A program made the translations under genes and the position numbers. The notes beneath the pieces were generated by a model. The model was not told where the DNA came from, ran no database searches, and worked only from the letters and a program-made list of their open reading frames with translations. From Chrysomallon squamiferum (lineage: Eukaryota > Animalia > Mollusca): a stretch of 64,000 nucleotides of DNA. This document shows, in pieces, positions 22,701 to 34,669 of this stretch. The DNA lies in NCBI GenBank assembly GCA_012295275.1, contig CM022671.1, positions 9,548,001 through 9,612,000 on the forward strand. The letters run 5' to 3'. The first letter of the stretch is position 1. Each line of letters starts with the position of its first letter.

Positions 22701-25690
22701 TTCCTGTTTATCATTTAGGTGATGTCCTTCGCCTACACCATTCTGAGGCAGAAGGTGCATGTGTAGATTCTCCTCTTCGGGTTCACTCTTCTCATCCTGA
22801 GAAAACAAACCGTAGAAATGTCATTATTTCATTTAACAAATTTTAAAACAAATAAAAAATTAATTCCATGACTACTAGTATTACTCTTATTCTTTTAATC
22901 ATCTTGTTCTTAAATTCTGCTTCATGATGGTGATGATGTTTTTAATTAAATTTACTACTATCACTATCAATATTATTTTTACTAATATTATTACTATTAA
23001 TTTCTTTCATTTTATTTCAATTACTTTTTTCAAGCAAATATTTCTTTTTCCAATTTTTATTAATTTGTTCTTTACAAAATGTACAGACACTTCTGTTTAC
23101 CATTTCGGTGATGTCCTTCGACTACACCGTTCTTAAGCAGAAGGTGCATGTGTAGATTCTTCTCTTCAGCTTCCTCTTCTCTTCCTGAGAAAACAAGCCG
23201 TAAAAATGTCTATATTTCATTTCACAAACATTAAAACAAATACAAATTTAATTCCATCATTAATAGTGTTACCTTCATTACTATCATCATCATGATAATT
23301 CTTAATGTTCTCTTTGATAATGATGATGTTGACGTTGATGTCATCGTTGTTCTTGCTCTGTTAACTGTATGATTGTCATCATAAGTATTCTCACTATTAC
23401 TATTTCATTTTTATTCTAAACATTTTACTCCCATTAAAATTAATTTATTTCATTTTATTTTAATGCTTTTTCTACCATTTCGATGATGTCCTTCGACTGC
23501 ACCATTCTTAACCAGAAGGTGCATATGTAGATTCTCCTCTTCTGTTTCCTCTTCTCATCCAGAAGGCATTTCTGTTTTCCATTTCGGTGATGTCGTTCGA
23601 CTACACCATGTGTAGATTCTCCTCTTCGGTTTCGTCTTCTCATCTTGAGAAAACAAACCGTAGAAATGTCATTATTTCCTTTAACTAACATTAAAACAAA
23701 TACAAAATTAATTCTATCTTTACTAGTGTTACTCTCATTACTATCATTATCATAATAATTCTCATTACTCTCTTTGAGTTAGTGACGATGATGACATTCA
23801 TGTCATCATTGTTATTTCTCTTGTTAATAGCTGTATGATTCTCATCATCAGTATTATCACTATTACTATTTTCATTATTAATGTAAAAAATTTTACTCTT
23901 ATTAAAATTAATTTATTTCATTTTATTTTAATAACTTTTTCTAAAGCAAATACTTTTATTTTTCACTTTTAGTAACTTGTTCTTTACAAAATGTGCAGGC
24001 ATTTCTGTTTACCATTTCGGTGATGTCCTTCGACTACACCATTCTTAAACAGATGGTGCATGTGTGGATTCTCCTCTTCGGCCTCCTCTTCGGTTTCCTC
24101 TTCGGTTTCCTCTTCTCATCCTGAGAAAACAAACTGTAGAAATGTCTTTATTTCATTTAACAAACATTAAAACAAATACAAAATTAATTCCATGACTACT
24201 AGTGTTACTCTTATTGTTTTAAACATATTATTCTTAAATTCTGCTTCATGATGGTGATGATGTTTTTAATTAAATTTACTACTATCACTATCAATATTAT
24301 TTTTACTAATATTATTACTATTAATTTCTTTCATTTTATTTCAATTACTTTTTTCAAGCAAATATTTCTTTTTCCAATTTTTATTAATTTGTTCTTTACA
24401 AAATGTACAGACACTTCTGTTTACCATTTCGGTGATGTCCTTCGACTACACCGTTCTTAAGCAGAAGGTGCATGTGTAGATTCTTCTCTTCAGCTTCCTC
24501 TTCTCTTCCTGAGAAAACAAGCCGTAAAAATGTCTATATTTCATTTCACAAACATTAAAACAAATACAAATTTAATTCCATCATTAATAGTGTTACCTTC
24601 ATTACTATCATCATCATGATAATTCTTAATATTCTCTTTGATAATGATGATGATGACGTTGATGTCATCGTTGTTATTGCTCTTGTTAACTGTATGATTG
24701 TCATCATCAGTATTCTCACTATTACTCTTTCATTTTTATTCTAAACATTTTACTCCCATTAAAATTAATTTATTTCATTTTATTTTAATTTTTTCTACCA
24801 TTTCGGTGATGTCCTTTGGCTACACCATTCTTAACCAGAAGGTGCATATGTAGATTCTCCTCTTCTGTTTCCTCTTCTCATCCAGAAGGCATTTCTGTTT
24901 TCCATTTCGGTGATATCCTTCGACTAGACTATGCTTAAGCAGAAGTTGCATGTGTAGATTCTCCTCTTTGGTTTCGTCTTCTCATCCTGAGAAAACAAAC
25001 CGTAGAAATGTCATTATTTCCTTGACAAACATTGAAACAAATACAAAATTAATTCCATCATTACTAGTGTTACCCTCATTACTATCATTATCATAATAAT
25101 TCTCATTATTCTCTTTGATAATGATGATGATGATGATGTTGATGTCATCATTGTTACTTCTCAGTTTCCTCTTCTCATCCTGAGAAAATAAGTCGTAGAA
25201 ATGTCTATATTCCTTTTAACAAAATTAAAACAAATACAAATTTAATGCCATCATTACTAATGTCACCATCATGATAATTCTTATTATTTGTTCTGATGAT
25301 GATGATTGTGATGTTGATCTCCTTGTTGTTATTGTTCTGGTTAACTTCATTATTGTCATCATCAGTATTATCAGCTTTGCTATATTAATTATTATTCTAA
25401 AAAATTATGACATTTTTTAACATTAATTTATTTCATTTTATTTTAATTACTTTTTGTAAAGGAAATATGTTTATTTTCCGGTTTTTTAAATTTCTTTCTC
25501 TCAAAATGTCTTTATCCTGCAGCATACTTACACATGTGTAGACATCAGTATTTCTACGTTAAAATGCATACACTGAAACCGAAATGCCAGAAATTTGAGG
25601 AAAATGAGAAACCCAGTTCTGGTCTATATTTTCCTCTTCTCATCCTATGAAAAGAAACCAAACAAATGTCAGTATTTCATTTAGGAAACA
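4750..25690 (-). repeat. ~21-kb hierarchical tandem array of ~60 exon-like 84-nt cassettes with AT-rich intron-like spacers (monomer ~375-470 bp; higher-order repeat ~1.35 kb)
   Basis: The core CATTTCGGTGATGTCCTTCGACTACACCATTCTTAAGCAGAAGGTGCATGTGTAGATTCTCCTCTTC recurs throughout. The double-core landmark recurs at ~5330, 6681, 10473, 13196, 14538, 15896, 18704, 20081, 23475 and 24799. Confidence 0.97.
14162..14245 (-). other. Representative putative exon of the array (84 nt)
   Basis: Minus strand: ...ggcttgttttctcag|GATGAGAAGAGGAAGCTGAAGAGAAGAATCTACACATGCACCTTCTGCTTAAGAATGGTGTAGTCGAAGGACATCACCGAAATG|gtaaac. Confidence 0.6.
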
Positions 25691-26129
25691 TTACAATAAA
25701 TAAAAAATTATTACTTATTATTCTATTGATTGAAGTGATGTTGATGTTGTAGTTTTTACTGATGTGACTTCAGTATTTTTGTGATTGTACGTATTATTAT
25801 TATTATGATCATCATCATGATCTTTATAGCATTTCCTGCTGAAACTTTAAAGTATGGTGATCATGAAAAGTATTTGAATAATGTATGTTGGTGTATATTC
25901 AATTTTGTTTTATCACTGTTAATTAAAATATATATATATAGATTGTATCTTATAAAAATAATACTACAAAGTTTTACAAGAACAATTTCAGATTAGAGAT
26001 AACTTATTTTTATGACTTTCTTGCTTACATTTATTTATTTTTCTTTAAATACGTTTTAATTGCTTCATAGTTAAATGTTTATTTCAGAACATTGGTTTTC
26101 TGTTTTCTGTACTGGTTCTTGTAGAAACC

Positions 26130-26885
26130 AACATCCTCTCCACTAAATTATCAGCTAAAATCTTGCAGTTTTCCAATTCACCATTTCCTACTGGTAATTT
26201 AGTCGAGACTCTGAAAGATGACGAAACATTGTATGAAAGTTTAGATATCAGATAATAAATACAATTAGAAGAAAATTTAATTTTGAAGTCTTTTCAACAA
26301 CAAATTCAGAAAATAAAAAAAAAAAAAACTTTGTTTAAAAATTTGGTTCAAGTTTTTCACATTATTTTTATTATTTTTTTTTTTTTTTTTTTTTTATTTA
26401 GTCTTAAGTAATTATAAATTCAAAATTGCTGATTCTGCAAAGGAATGTTTTCATTTCACAGATATTTGTTCTTTATCTTCTAAATAAGGAGGAACATAGG
26501 ATTATGGATGAAAGCAAATCTCTCAGATGTGTACTACATTTGTGAGATAATATTATTTTGTTTTGTTACAAGTCTGTTTATTATTTATTTATTTTTTAAT
26601 GTTTTAGATTTTTATATCTCATTGAGAAATATTTATTATTTTATTTCACGAACTCTTATAATTTTAATGTTCTATTTCTTTACAATATCTAGGTGATTTC
26701 AATTATAAAATACTTTAATCCAAATATATACATATTGATAATCCTGTGAAAGATTTAAATCAAAAATGTAAATAATAATTTAAGTATGAATCTATTTAGT
26801 TCTTAACTTGATGTAAAGAACTATTTGCTTTACTCTTACTAATTATTATTATTATTGTTGTCATTGTTGTTGTTATTCATTTTAA

Positions 26886-26930
<45 letters not shown>

Positions 26931-27666
26931 TACTAGTTGATGTTGTTGTTGTTGTTTGTATTATTACTATTTAACTGTTTCTGATGTTCTGTTTTAAAGA
27001 AAGTTCAACTCAAGAGAGCAGGAAATTTCACAAAGCAGGCAATAAGAAATTAACTTTATGAAAACAATGAATGGATAAACAGCAGACCTGTTACTAACAT
27101 CCACTAAGATAATAACTAGTTATGTTTACTTATTCCATGGATTTGGGGCAAGTCTGTTAAAGATATTGGGAGCAGCCAATCTCTAACATGTCTGCCATAT
27201 TTTCAAGTCACATTTATTAGTATCAGTCTTTTAAACATTACAGCAGTGTAATATTAGTAACAGGTCTTACTGATTCACAGAAATATCAATAATATCACGG
27301 GCAGAGCAATATTTATTGATATCTTTCCCATTTACATAACTTATAATTTTATAATGTACCTGCTTGTCACTTCTCCTTTTCTAGAGCTGACTATAACATT
27401 ATATTTTATTTTACAGAATGAGAAAGGACTGGTTCAATCTTTTCTATAAAGACATTTTTAGTAAGCTGAATATTATCATGAATAACACTACATAAAATTT
27501 TCACTTTTATATTTACATATTTTGATTTTTCATTCTCTCACAGGATTATCAAATAAGTTTAAAATTAAACATGAAAAGTTAGTAAGTAACACGTATTCCA
27601 ATAAAGAAAAACTAAATCTAGAGATATTCAAAACAAACAGATTTATTTATTATTTATATATTACTG

Positions 27667-27697
<31 letters not shown>

Positions 27698-29300
27698 TAA
27701 TTTTTTTTTTTTTTTTTTGAGTGAATGGTATTTAAATTAAGTTATCCAAATTATTTTTACGTTGCTGAAATATCTTTGAAATTGTTTTATCCTATGTTTT
27801 CATTATTTCTTTCCTTTCATTCATTTTAATGAATACAAATTTTCTTTGCATCATTACTTAACTTGGGTAACAAAAAAAAATCCAATCCTCTCCACTAAAT
27901 CATCAGTTGCAGTCTTCCAGTTTTCCAAGACACCGTTTCCTCCTGAGGATTTACATGTGACTGTGAAAAAAGAACAAATAATGTATGAAAGTTTAGATAT
28001 GTGATAATAAATATTAATAAAAGAAAATTTAATTTCATACTCAACATAACCAATTAAATTTTTTACAAGAACCAGTTCTTAATAATTTTATATATATTTA
28101 GTTGTTTGTAGACATTTTCATTATTACTATCATCATTATTACTACTATTATTATTGATGTTGTTGATTTAAGTAATTAAAAATCCAAAATTGTTTATATT
28201 TTTGCCAAGGCATGCTTGTGATATTTTTGTCACATATGAAAACTGCAAAGCTTTCATTTCCAGATGATGTTGTTTTTGGACTGCTAAATAAAGAACGCAG
28301 CATTATGAATGAAAACAAATCCCACAGAAGTATTTTATAACTCTCACAAATTAATTTTCACTATTTTTTATTTTCTTTTATTTTTACTATTTAGATTTTG
28401 ACATTCATTATTATTCATTTTATTTCATTAATTTTTTAATTTTTAACATTCAATTTCTTTACAGGTGGTCTGAGTTGAATTAAAAATGAAAAATTTATTT
28501 CAATTATTTACATACTGATAATTCTGTGAAAGATTTAATTCAAAAGTGCAAATAATAATTTAAGTAAATTTATATTTAAAAAAAATATTTAAAGTAATAA
28601 TAATAATAATAATATTAATTATATTAAAAAATTTCAAAATGCTCAAGACAGATTCAATTGCTAATGTTTATTTTCTAAATCTCTGCCCTCCTTTAAATAA
28701 TTAGATATAATAATCAAGATGGATAAATCTAATTACTACAAATTAAATACATTTTTTTAAATCTTAATGATTTTAGATGAAAGGAATGTTATGTATCAGA
28801 CCAGCTCAAAACAATGATTTGATATTTGATGATGGAGTGTAATGAATGACATGTTGACATGTTCCTCATTCTTTGTTGTTTTTTTTTTTTTTTTACTTTT
28901 TATACAGATATCCATTCCAAGAAAAAGGAAATTTGACAAAGCAGGAAATGAAAGAAATTAACTTTATGAATGGATAAACAAACAGACCTGATACTAACTT
29001 CCACTGACATAACAACTAGTTATGTTTAATTACTCCATGGATTTTGGGCAAGTCTGTTAAAGATAAGGGAGCAGCTAATCTCTAACATGTCTGCCATATT
29101 TTCAAACAAAACATACAAAAATAAAATTCTTTTACAGGTTACAGCAGTGTGGTATCAGTAACAAGTCTGATTGATTCACCAAAATATCAATAATATTACG
29201 GGCAGAGCAAATCATTGATATCTTATCGATTTATACAACTTTTAAAAATTTTAAATATTCAATTTCATAATATCCCTGCTTGTCATTTCTCCTTTCCAAC
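26130..29300. repeat. Diverged tandem duplication (26130-27390 vs 27885-29300)
   Basis: Collinear shared blocks: TCCTCTCCACTAAAT, TGTATGAAAGTTTAGATAT, TGTGAAAGATTTAA.TCAAAA, AGACCTG.TACTAA...GGCAAGTCTGTTAAAGAT, CCTGCTTGTCA.TTCTCCTTT. Confidence 0.85.
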
Positions 29301-29624
29301 AGTTGGAACTAAGTGTTTTGCTTTTGAGATTATGATAGAAACTTTTAATAACAATTAAATAAATTGTAACTAATAATACAAGTGTTTAATCTACTTTTGG
29401 GTATTTTCTTATATAAATAAATACGACTGCAATGATAAAATGATTTAGCTCAGTCTGGTGTGATCTTTGCATCAGTTGTTTCACAGTTGGTGTAATTTTA
29501 ATCTTAATTAGTCTGACGAAATATTTAAAAGAAAATTAGTGCTTTAATTACACCAGTTATTTAGATTAAAGAAAACTATCAGTAAGCTACTTTTTTCTAT
29601 TTCTATCCATCTTAAATGAACACT

Positions 29625-29639
29625 ACTATATTATTACTA

Positions 29640-29714
<75 letters not shown>
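29625..29714. repeat. (ATT)n microsatellite
   Basis: Long pure TAT run. Confidence 0.95.
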
Positions 29715-29715
<1 letters not shown>

Positions 29716-30284
29716 TTTTCATTAAATGACCCGTCAGTTTTGTTTATGTACTTATCTTATTTTGGTTTATCTGCGTTTTTCTCTTCTTTCTTGTGAAAAA
29801 GTCTGCCGATTTATGGAAGAATCTTCATTCTAGAATTCATATTGAAAAGAAAATAAATTGTTTTGTAAGTGAAATGCAATGATACAGAGAATGTTGATAT
29901 GTAGGTTTACTTTGTTGATGTCGAGTGAATACAAGCTAAAACATCTATTACCATCTACTGTGAAATAATGTAGTTGACTTACCACGAAACTGAATGTATG
30001 TAATGAACACATTCTGCGCTTTACACTATAAAATATACATCCAAAAAGTTTCAGTCCCATTAAACTGACGAATTTTTGTTTGAAATTAGTAATCGCGATT
30101 ACTGACTTCTCTGTAAAAAAAAAAAAAAAAAAATAATAAAAAAAAAAAAAAAAAAAAAAATTCATATTTAAATCGCCTAACTGCTTGTATATTCACAGAA
30201 ATAACTAGTGATTCTGAAAGTTATTTTACTGCCAAAGATAAATCATAAAAGTTACCGTAATATCTTTTTGAAAGATGTGTTATT

Positions 30285-30400
30285 TCTTTCATGGCGACCC
30301 AAGCCGATCAGGTGACCAACCAACGAAAACCTACTTAAAGCTGGCGTCGGAAGTTGTTATTTTCAGTTAATGCGTTGTCACGTTTTTCACGTGCAGTAAC
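30285..30400. promoter_or_regulatory. Possible CpG-enriched promoter-like patch (YY1-like ATGGCG at 30291, ETS-like CGGAAGT at 30348, E-box CACGTG at 30388)
   Basis: Local CpG enrichment in CpG-poor DNA with three clustered short motifs; motifs this short can arise by chance. Confidence 0.25.
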
Positions 30401-30780
30401 ATGTAAACTCTTTTCACTGTGGATTCGTGATATAATAAAATATCATCGGAGGAAACTAGTTAAAGCATTAATTACAAGCTGTCACCAAAATACCCAGAAA
30501 CATCTTGATAATAATAACAGCTTTATGCATAAAGTCATTAAAATCTTACTAAAAAATAAATTCCCCCTTCTTCCCGTAGCACCATAGTTAAGCTTTTCTG
30601 TTTATGTCACAAATATTTTTTGTCTCGAAAATTTCATATGCGGTAGCAATTGTTCATTTTAATATTTTTATCATACAGTATAAGGCGTGTTATTTATTTA
30701 TTTATTTATTTATTAGCATGGTAATATTTTCATGCAAATCAGTTTTTTTTTTTTTTTTTAAGTTTTGTTTCTATAAACAT

Positions 30781-30811
<31 letters not shown>

Positions 30812-30869
30812 TTTTTTTTGTTTGTTTGTTTGTTTATTATCAGTATGGTAAATTTGAGTCTCATACGAA

Positions 30870-31620
30870 TCATTTTCGTATAACCATCGCAATCAAGGGA
30901 TGCTCCAAATGCATGTGCTGTAAAGCGGGAAGACACGAAAGTGAGTTTGTGAAAATAATGCATTTGGATGCAAAGGATTGTTTCATTTCTTTCAGGGCTT
31001 TAAGAATGGTCTGAATTTCAGCAGTGAAAACCGATGCCGAATCGCACTGTCCGACGGAAAAACTGCAGCAAAAGCCACAGATCCATCCCGCGATCCATCC
31101 GTATAAACAGGGATAAAATCATGGAATCTTTCTTTTACTTCTATGAAAAATTGATGATATATAATAGGATCTGTGCTATCATTTCTCAGAACAAAATGCG
31201 TAGGTGTTTCCAAATGTCTGAAAAATCAATGTTGGAAGCAGTTAAAATCTGTTGATGTGAAAACCAAATGTTTTAATGGCATTCGGCCTTGCATCAACCT
31301 CACATATTTGTTGTCAAATATCGTGTCATGTGCAGCATGTGTTGGTAAAGATTTTATCTTAGCAGCATACTGGAGAGAAAGCTTCGCACGTCTAGCATCC
31401 AAACAAGGCTGGTGTGCGTCAACGTTCAAACTCTGTACAGATGCTTTCAATGCACCAAGACAAAGCCTAAATCACTGGTTGTGTACGGGATCTAGCATAT
31501 ACACATCAACATACACAATGCTGACCCATACACAACGCATCCATAATCCAATTTAGATCTTGTTAATTACCCATAAAGTCGGAACTTGACTTTTCGGGCC
31601 TCATCCCCATTCAGTATAGC
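30870..31620 (-). mobile_element. Non-LTR retrotransposon fragment (I/Nimb-type LINE with RNase H), post-RT region to RNase H
   Basis: Minus-strand translations RSKLDYGCVVYGSA, ASVQSLNVDAHQPCLDARRAKLSLQYAAKIKSLPTH and FIPVYTDGSRDGSVAFAAVFP (RNase H YTDGS motif); frameshifted. Confidence 0.9.
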
Positions 31621-31621
31621 C

Positions 31622-31849
31622 TCTTCTGCGATGTCCTTCGAGATGGAAGCAAACAAGGACATCTGCCATAAAGGTTTCTTTTAACATTGTGTTTTTCATA
31701 AGCTTTTTTCAAAGTTTTATGTTCACAGATAAAGTGGTAATACTTGTTTCTGATCACCTTCCAATCCAAAACAGGAAGAAGATCTTCATTTCGAAACTGA
31801 TCTTAAATTAATGTGTTGAAAATGTTTCTTGATGCTGCTTTGCCCAGAT
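31622..31849 (-). other. Exon-like coding remnant abutting the LINE fragment
   Basis: Acceptor tatacatttcag| followed by DLGKAASRNIFNTLI*DQFRNEDLLPVLDWKVIRNKYYHFICEHKTLKKAYEKHNVKRNLYGRCPCLLPSRRTSQKR (one stop); identity unknown. Confidence 0.35.
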
Positions 31850-31961
31850 CTGAAATGTATATAAACTAAAAAAATAATTTAAAACAAAGACATTTTAATT
31901 TTTTTTTTTTTTTTTTTTTTTTTTTGTAAGAAAAATTTGAATTATTGAAAAAATAATTTAA

Positions 31962-32602
31962 GGGTCATTCCATGTCAAATCACCCCCCCCAAAAAAAAAA
32001 AATTTAACCCCGACCGTTTACTCGATGATCAAGAAAGATGGTGATTCCTAGCATCCAGAATTGATCATTCAGGTTTTAGTTAATCAGATGTTAATGGCTG
32101 AAAAGGTGTTATTTTCATGTATGTGCATTTTTTAAATCTATATTGTGGCTAAACAAAAAATATTACACCCAGGAAACTTTTATATGTTTTAGTTAACATG
32201 TGGGAGATTAAATTTCAATAAAGGTCATCTCAAGGTCACGTGATCCACACGGTCAATTTCAAGGTCATAGCAAAGGTCACAAGGTCAATGTACTCCAATA
32301 TTTTCCAAACTGAACAAAATGGCAGATTTGGAATCCTTGTCATATTGCCTTTTCAACAATACCAATTTTATGAAGATTGGCCCAGTAGTTCCTGAGATAT
32401 GAGGGTTCTAAGGTTGGTGGTCACACCCATTTTTGCCAAAAATCTCAAAATTCGGTGGGCCATATCTCCCACACCACTGGTCCGATTGGGCTAAAATTTC
32501 AGATTTGGTGCTGTGGGATCCCAGTCAACAAGTATACCAAGTTTTATAAAAATCTGAGACGGTCGGGTTTAACCCATTGGGTGATTTGACACGGAATGAC
32601 CC
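31962..32602. mobile_element. Non-autonomous DNA transposon (MITE) with 24-bp TIRs and TTAA flanks, Kolobok-like termini
   Basis: Left TTAA|GGGTCATTCCATGTCAAATCACCC; right GGGTGATTTGACACGGAATGACCC|TTAA (1 mismatch); subterminal inverted CCCGACCGT/ACGGTCGGG. Confidence 0.85.
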
Positions 32603-33062
32603 TTAAAATTCTGAGTATCATCAAAGATGCACCTGGTAGCAAGTGTGTGCGTGCACACACACATGCACACTTTCTATCCTAGATCCCTTACAATAGGAGT
32701 AGCCAGTGAAATAACAGCAGAGGTTTATCTATTATTATTAGCATTATAAAAACTTAATTAAACATAGACATAATTATAAAAAAAATAAAGAAATAAAATG
32801 TGTTCTCACTATTTTTTCTTTAGGAAATTCTTTCCCCCCATCTACACAAAATCCTTGTAGAAAATTCCTCAGTTGCTGATATTTTTAGCTCGTTGTGAGT
32901 GTGTGTGTATATGTTTCTTGGCTTTGTTCGTTTCTTATTTTTCTAAATAGAGAGATTAACAAAGTTAAGTAAAAAATAATAATACAAAAATTCACACACA
33001 ATCATTCATAGAAATCTGCTTATGACAGATCTGCTCTATTTTGCATTAAGTGGTAGCAAAGT

Positions 33063-33103
<41 letters not shown>

Positions 33104-33756
33104 ACGTAATAAGTCATTCAGTATGTAATACAGTGATTCACACCATTGTGTAGACATTTTATATATTATTATTAAACTATTCAAACATTTTTCTTTTATT
33201 TTGGTTTGAAAGAAAATATTGATATGCCACAAAAATCTTCCTTTTCCTTGCTTATTTCTTAATGTTAAAATCAGTCTTGTTTCCTCCCAGTAAATAAATC
33301 AAGTTTAGAGCTAACTGTTTAAATCAGTGTCATTAAGAAATGTCTGTTGTTGTACAGTCATGGTTCTGTGTCCTGCCAGGCTTAATAGGAATTGTCATCT
33401 TGTCACTTCTGTCAAATATTCCTGTTATTTTATTTTATAATTTTCTCTGCTTTATTTCCAATTTTTGTAAGCTCTATATTTACAAGAACATACACCAATA
33501 TTTACACCTTTTCATATTGTTTTCTTACTTTGCTGTTGTTTTTTTACACCTCTTGTTGTTGTTTTTTTTTTTTTTTTAATTATTTTTTATTTTACTGTCT
33601 GCGATATGATAATACTTTTTATTGTTAGAATTGTTTTAAAATGGTGCCTCTCTTGTTTTTCCAGAACACTGTGTAAGGTAGATTAATCAAGACCTCTAAA
33701 TTATGATCCAATTTTTTCTTTTGTAACAAAATGAGACAAAAACCCAACAAAACATT

Positions 33757-33970
33757 GTGGTGGGTTTAGTTAAGTGGGTTTAGCTATATAGCAAGTCACA
33801 AGATCAATTCTCCTCTGTGGCTCAACATGCTTTTTTTATTCGGACATTAGAGTACATAACTAATCTAAAACTGACATCTCTTATCCTGTATGTGGGAAGG
33901 GTCACATAAAGGATCCCTGCTTTTCTTGAGAGTAGCTAATGGAAAGAGGGTAACAGGCTTTCTCTCTAGT
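33757..33970 (+). mobile_element. Degraded SINE resembling molluscan Meta-domain SINEs; shorter relics near 32675-32740 and 36688-36735
   Basis: TATCCTGTATGTGGGAAGGGTCACATAAAGGATCCCTGC...GAGTAGCTAATG...AACAGGCTTTCTCTCT resembles my recollection of the SINE core (TATCCTGTCTGTGGGATGGTGCATATAAAAGATCCCTTGCT...GAGTAGCCCATG...GGGTTTCCTCTCT). Confidence 0.5.
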
Positions 33971-34669
33971 ATCAGTATAATATTAAAAAAAATTAAAACT
34001 GACAGATTGAAATATACTGGCATTTTGTATTGGTAGCAATAGTAGTAGCAGTTATAGTAACCTTAATTATAGTATGATAATGCTATGCTACAATTAATAG
34101 AATTATAATTAATTATACTACAATTAATGCAGTTATAATTAATTATAAAATAATAGTAGTATAACAATAAAACTAATGATAATAACAGTTGTAATGGTAG
34201 TAGTAGTAAATTATTATTTACTGTCATTCATTTAGTTCTGTTTATAGTATGTGACTGATTTTGTTTTCATAGAAATTTTTTGGTGCTACACAGATTCAGT
34301 ATTTAATTTTCTAATTTTTTTTTTTTTTTTTTTTTAAATTCTACCAGTAGATTTTCAAACAACACAATTTGTTCTGTAGTCACTTCTATATTTTAACATT
34401 ATTTTTTTGGTATTAAAGTGAAAAATGTATCACTTTACTATCACAAAGTTGTTCTCATCTATTTCAGAAAGTTCTGGTTTTACCTTTTACAGAAACATTT
34501 TTGTAATTTGCAGTGCAGGTAATTTAGCATAATCAAATTTTTTATTATTATTATTATTTTTATTATTATTTAATTTTTTTTTTTTTTTTTTGCTCAGAAC
34601 ACAAGTCGACAGTGAAATGTTATTACTATAATTATGCAGTAATTCTTGTTTAACTTTCACGTTCTTTTA

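Noticed and set aside
5069-24460. Numerous Ile/Met/Phe-rich ORFs in the array
   Set aside because: They are translations of ATC/ATT/GAT low-complexity spacers that recur only because the DNA is repeated.
4750-25690. CRISPR-like array (conserved repeats with spacers)
   Set aside because: Spacers are 290-370 bp, AT-rich and themselves repeated rather than unique; the context is eukaryotic and there are no cas genes.
27084-27340. Telomerase RNA (hairpins followed by ACA)
   Set aside because: No CTAACCCTAA-type template or pseudoknot is visible nearby.
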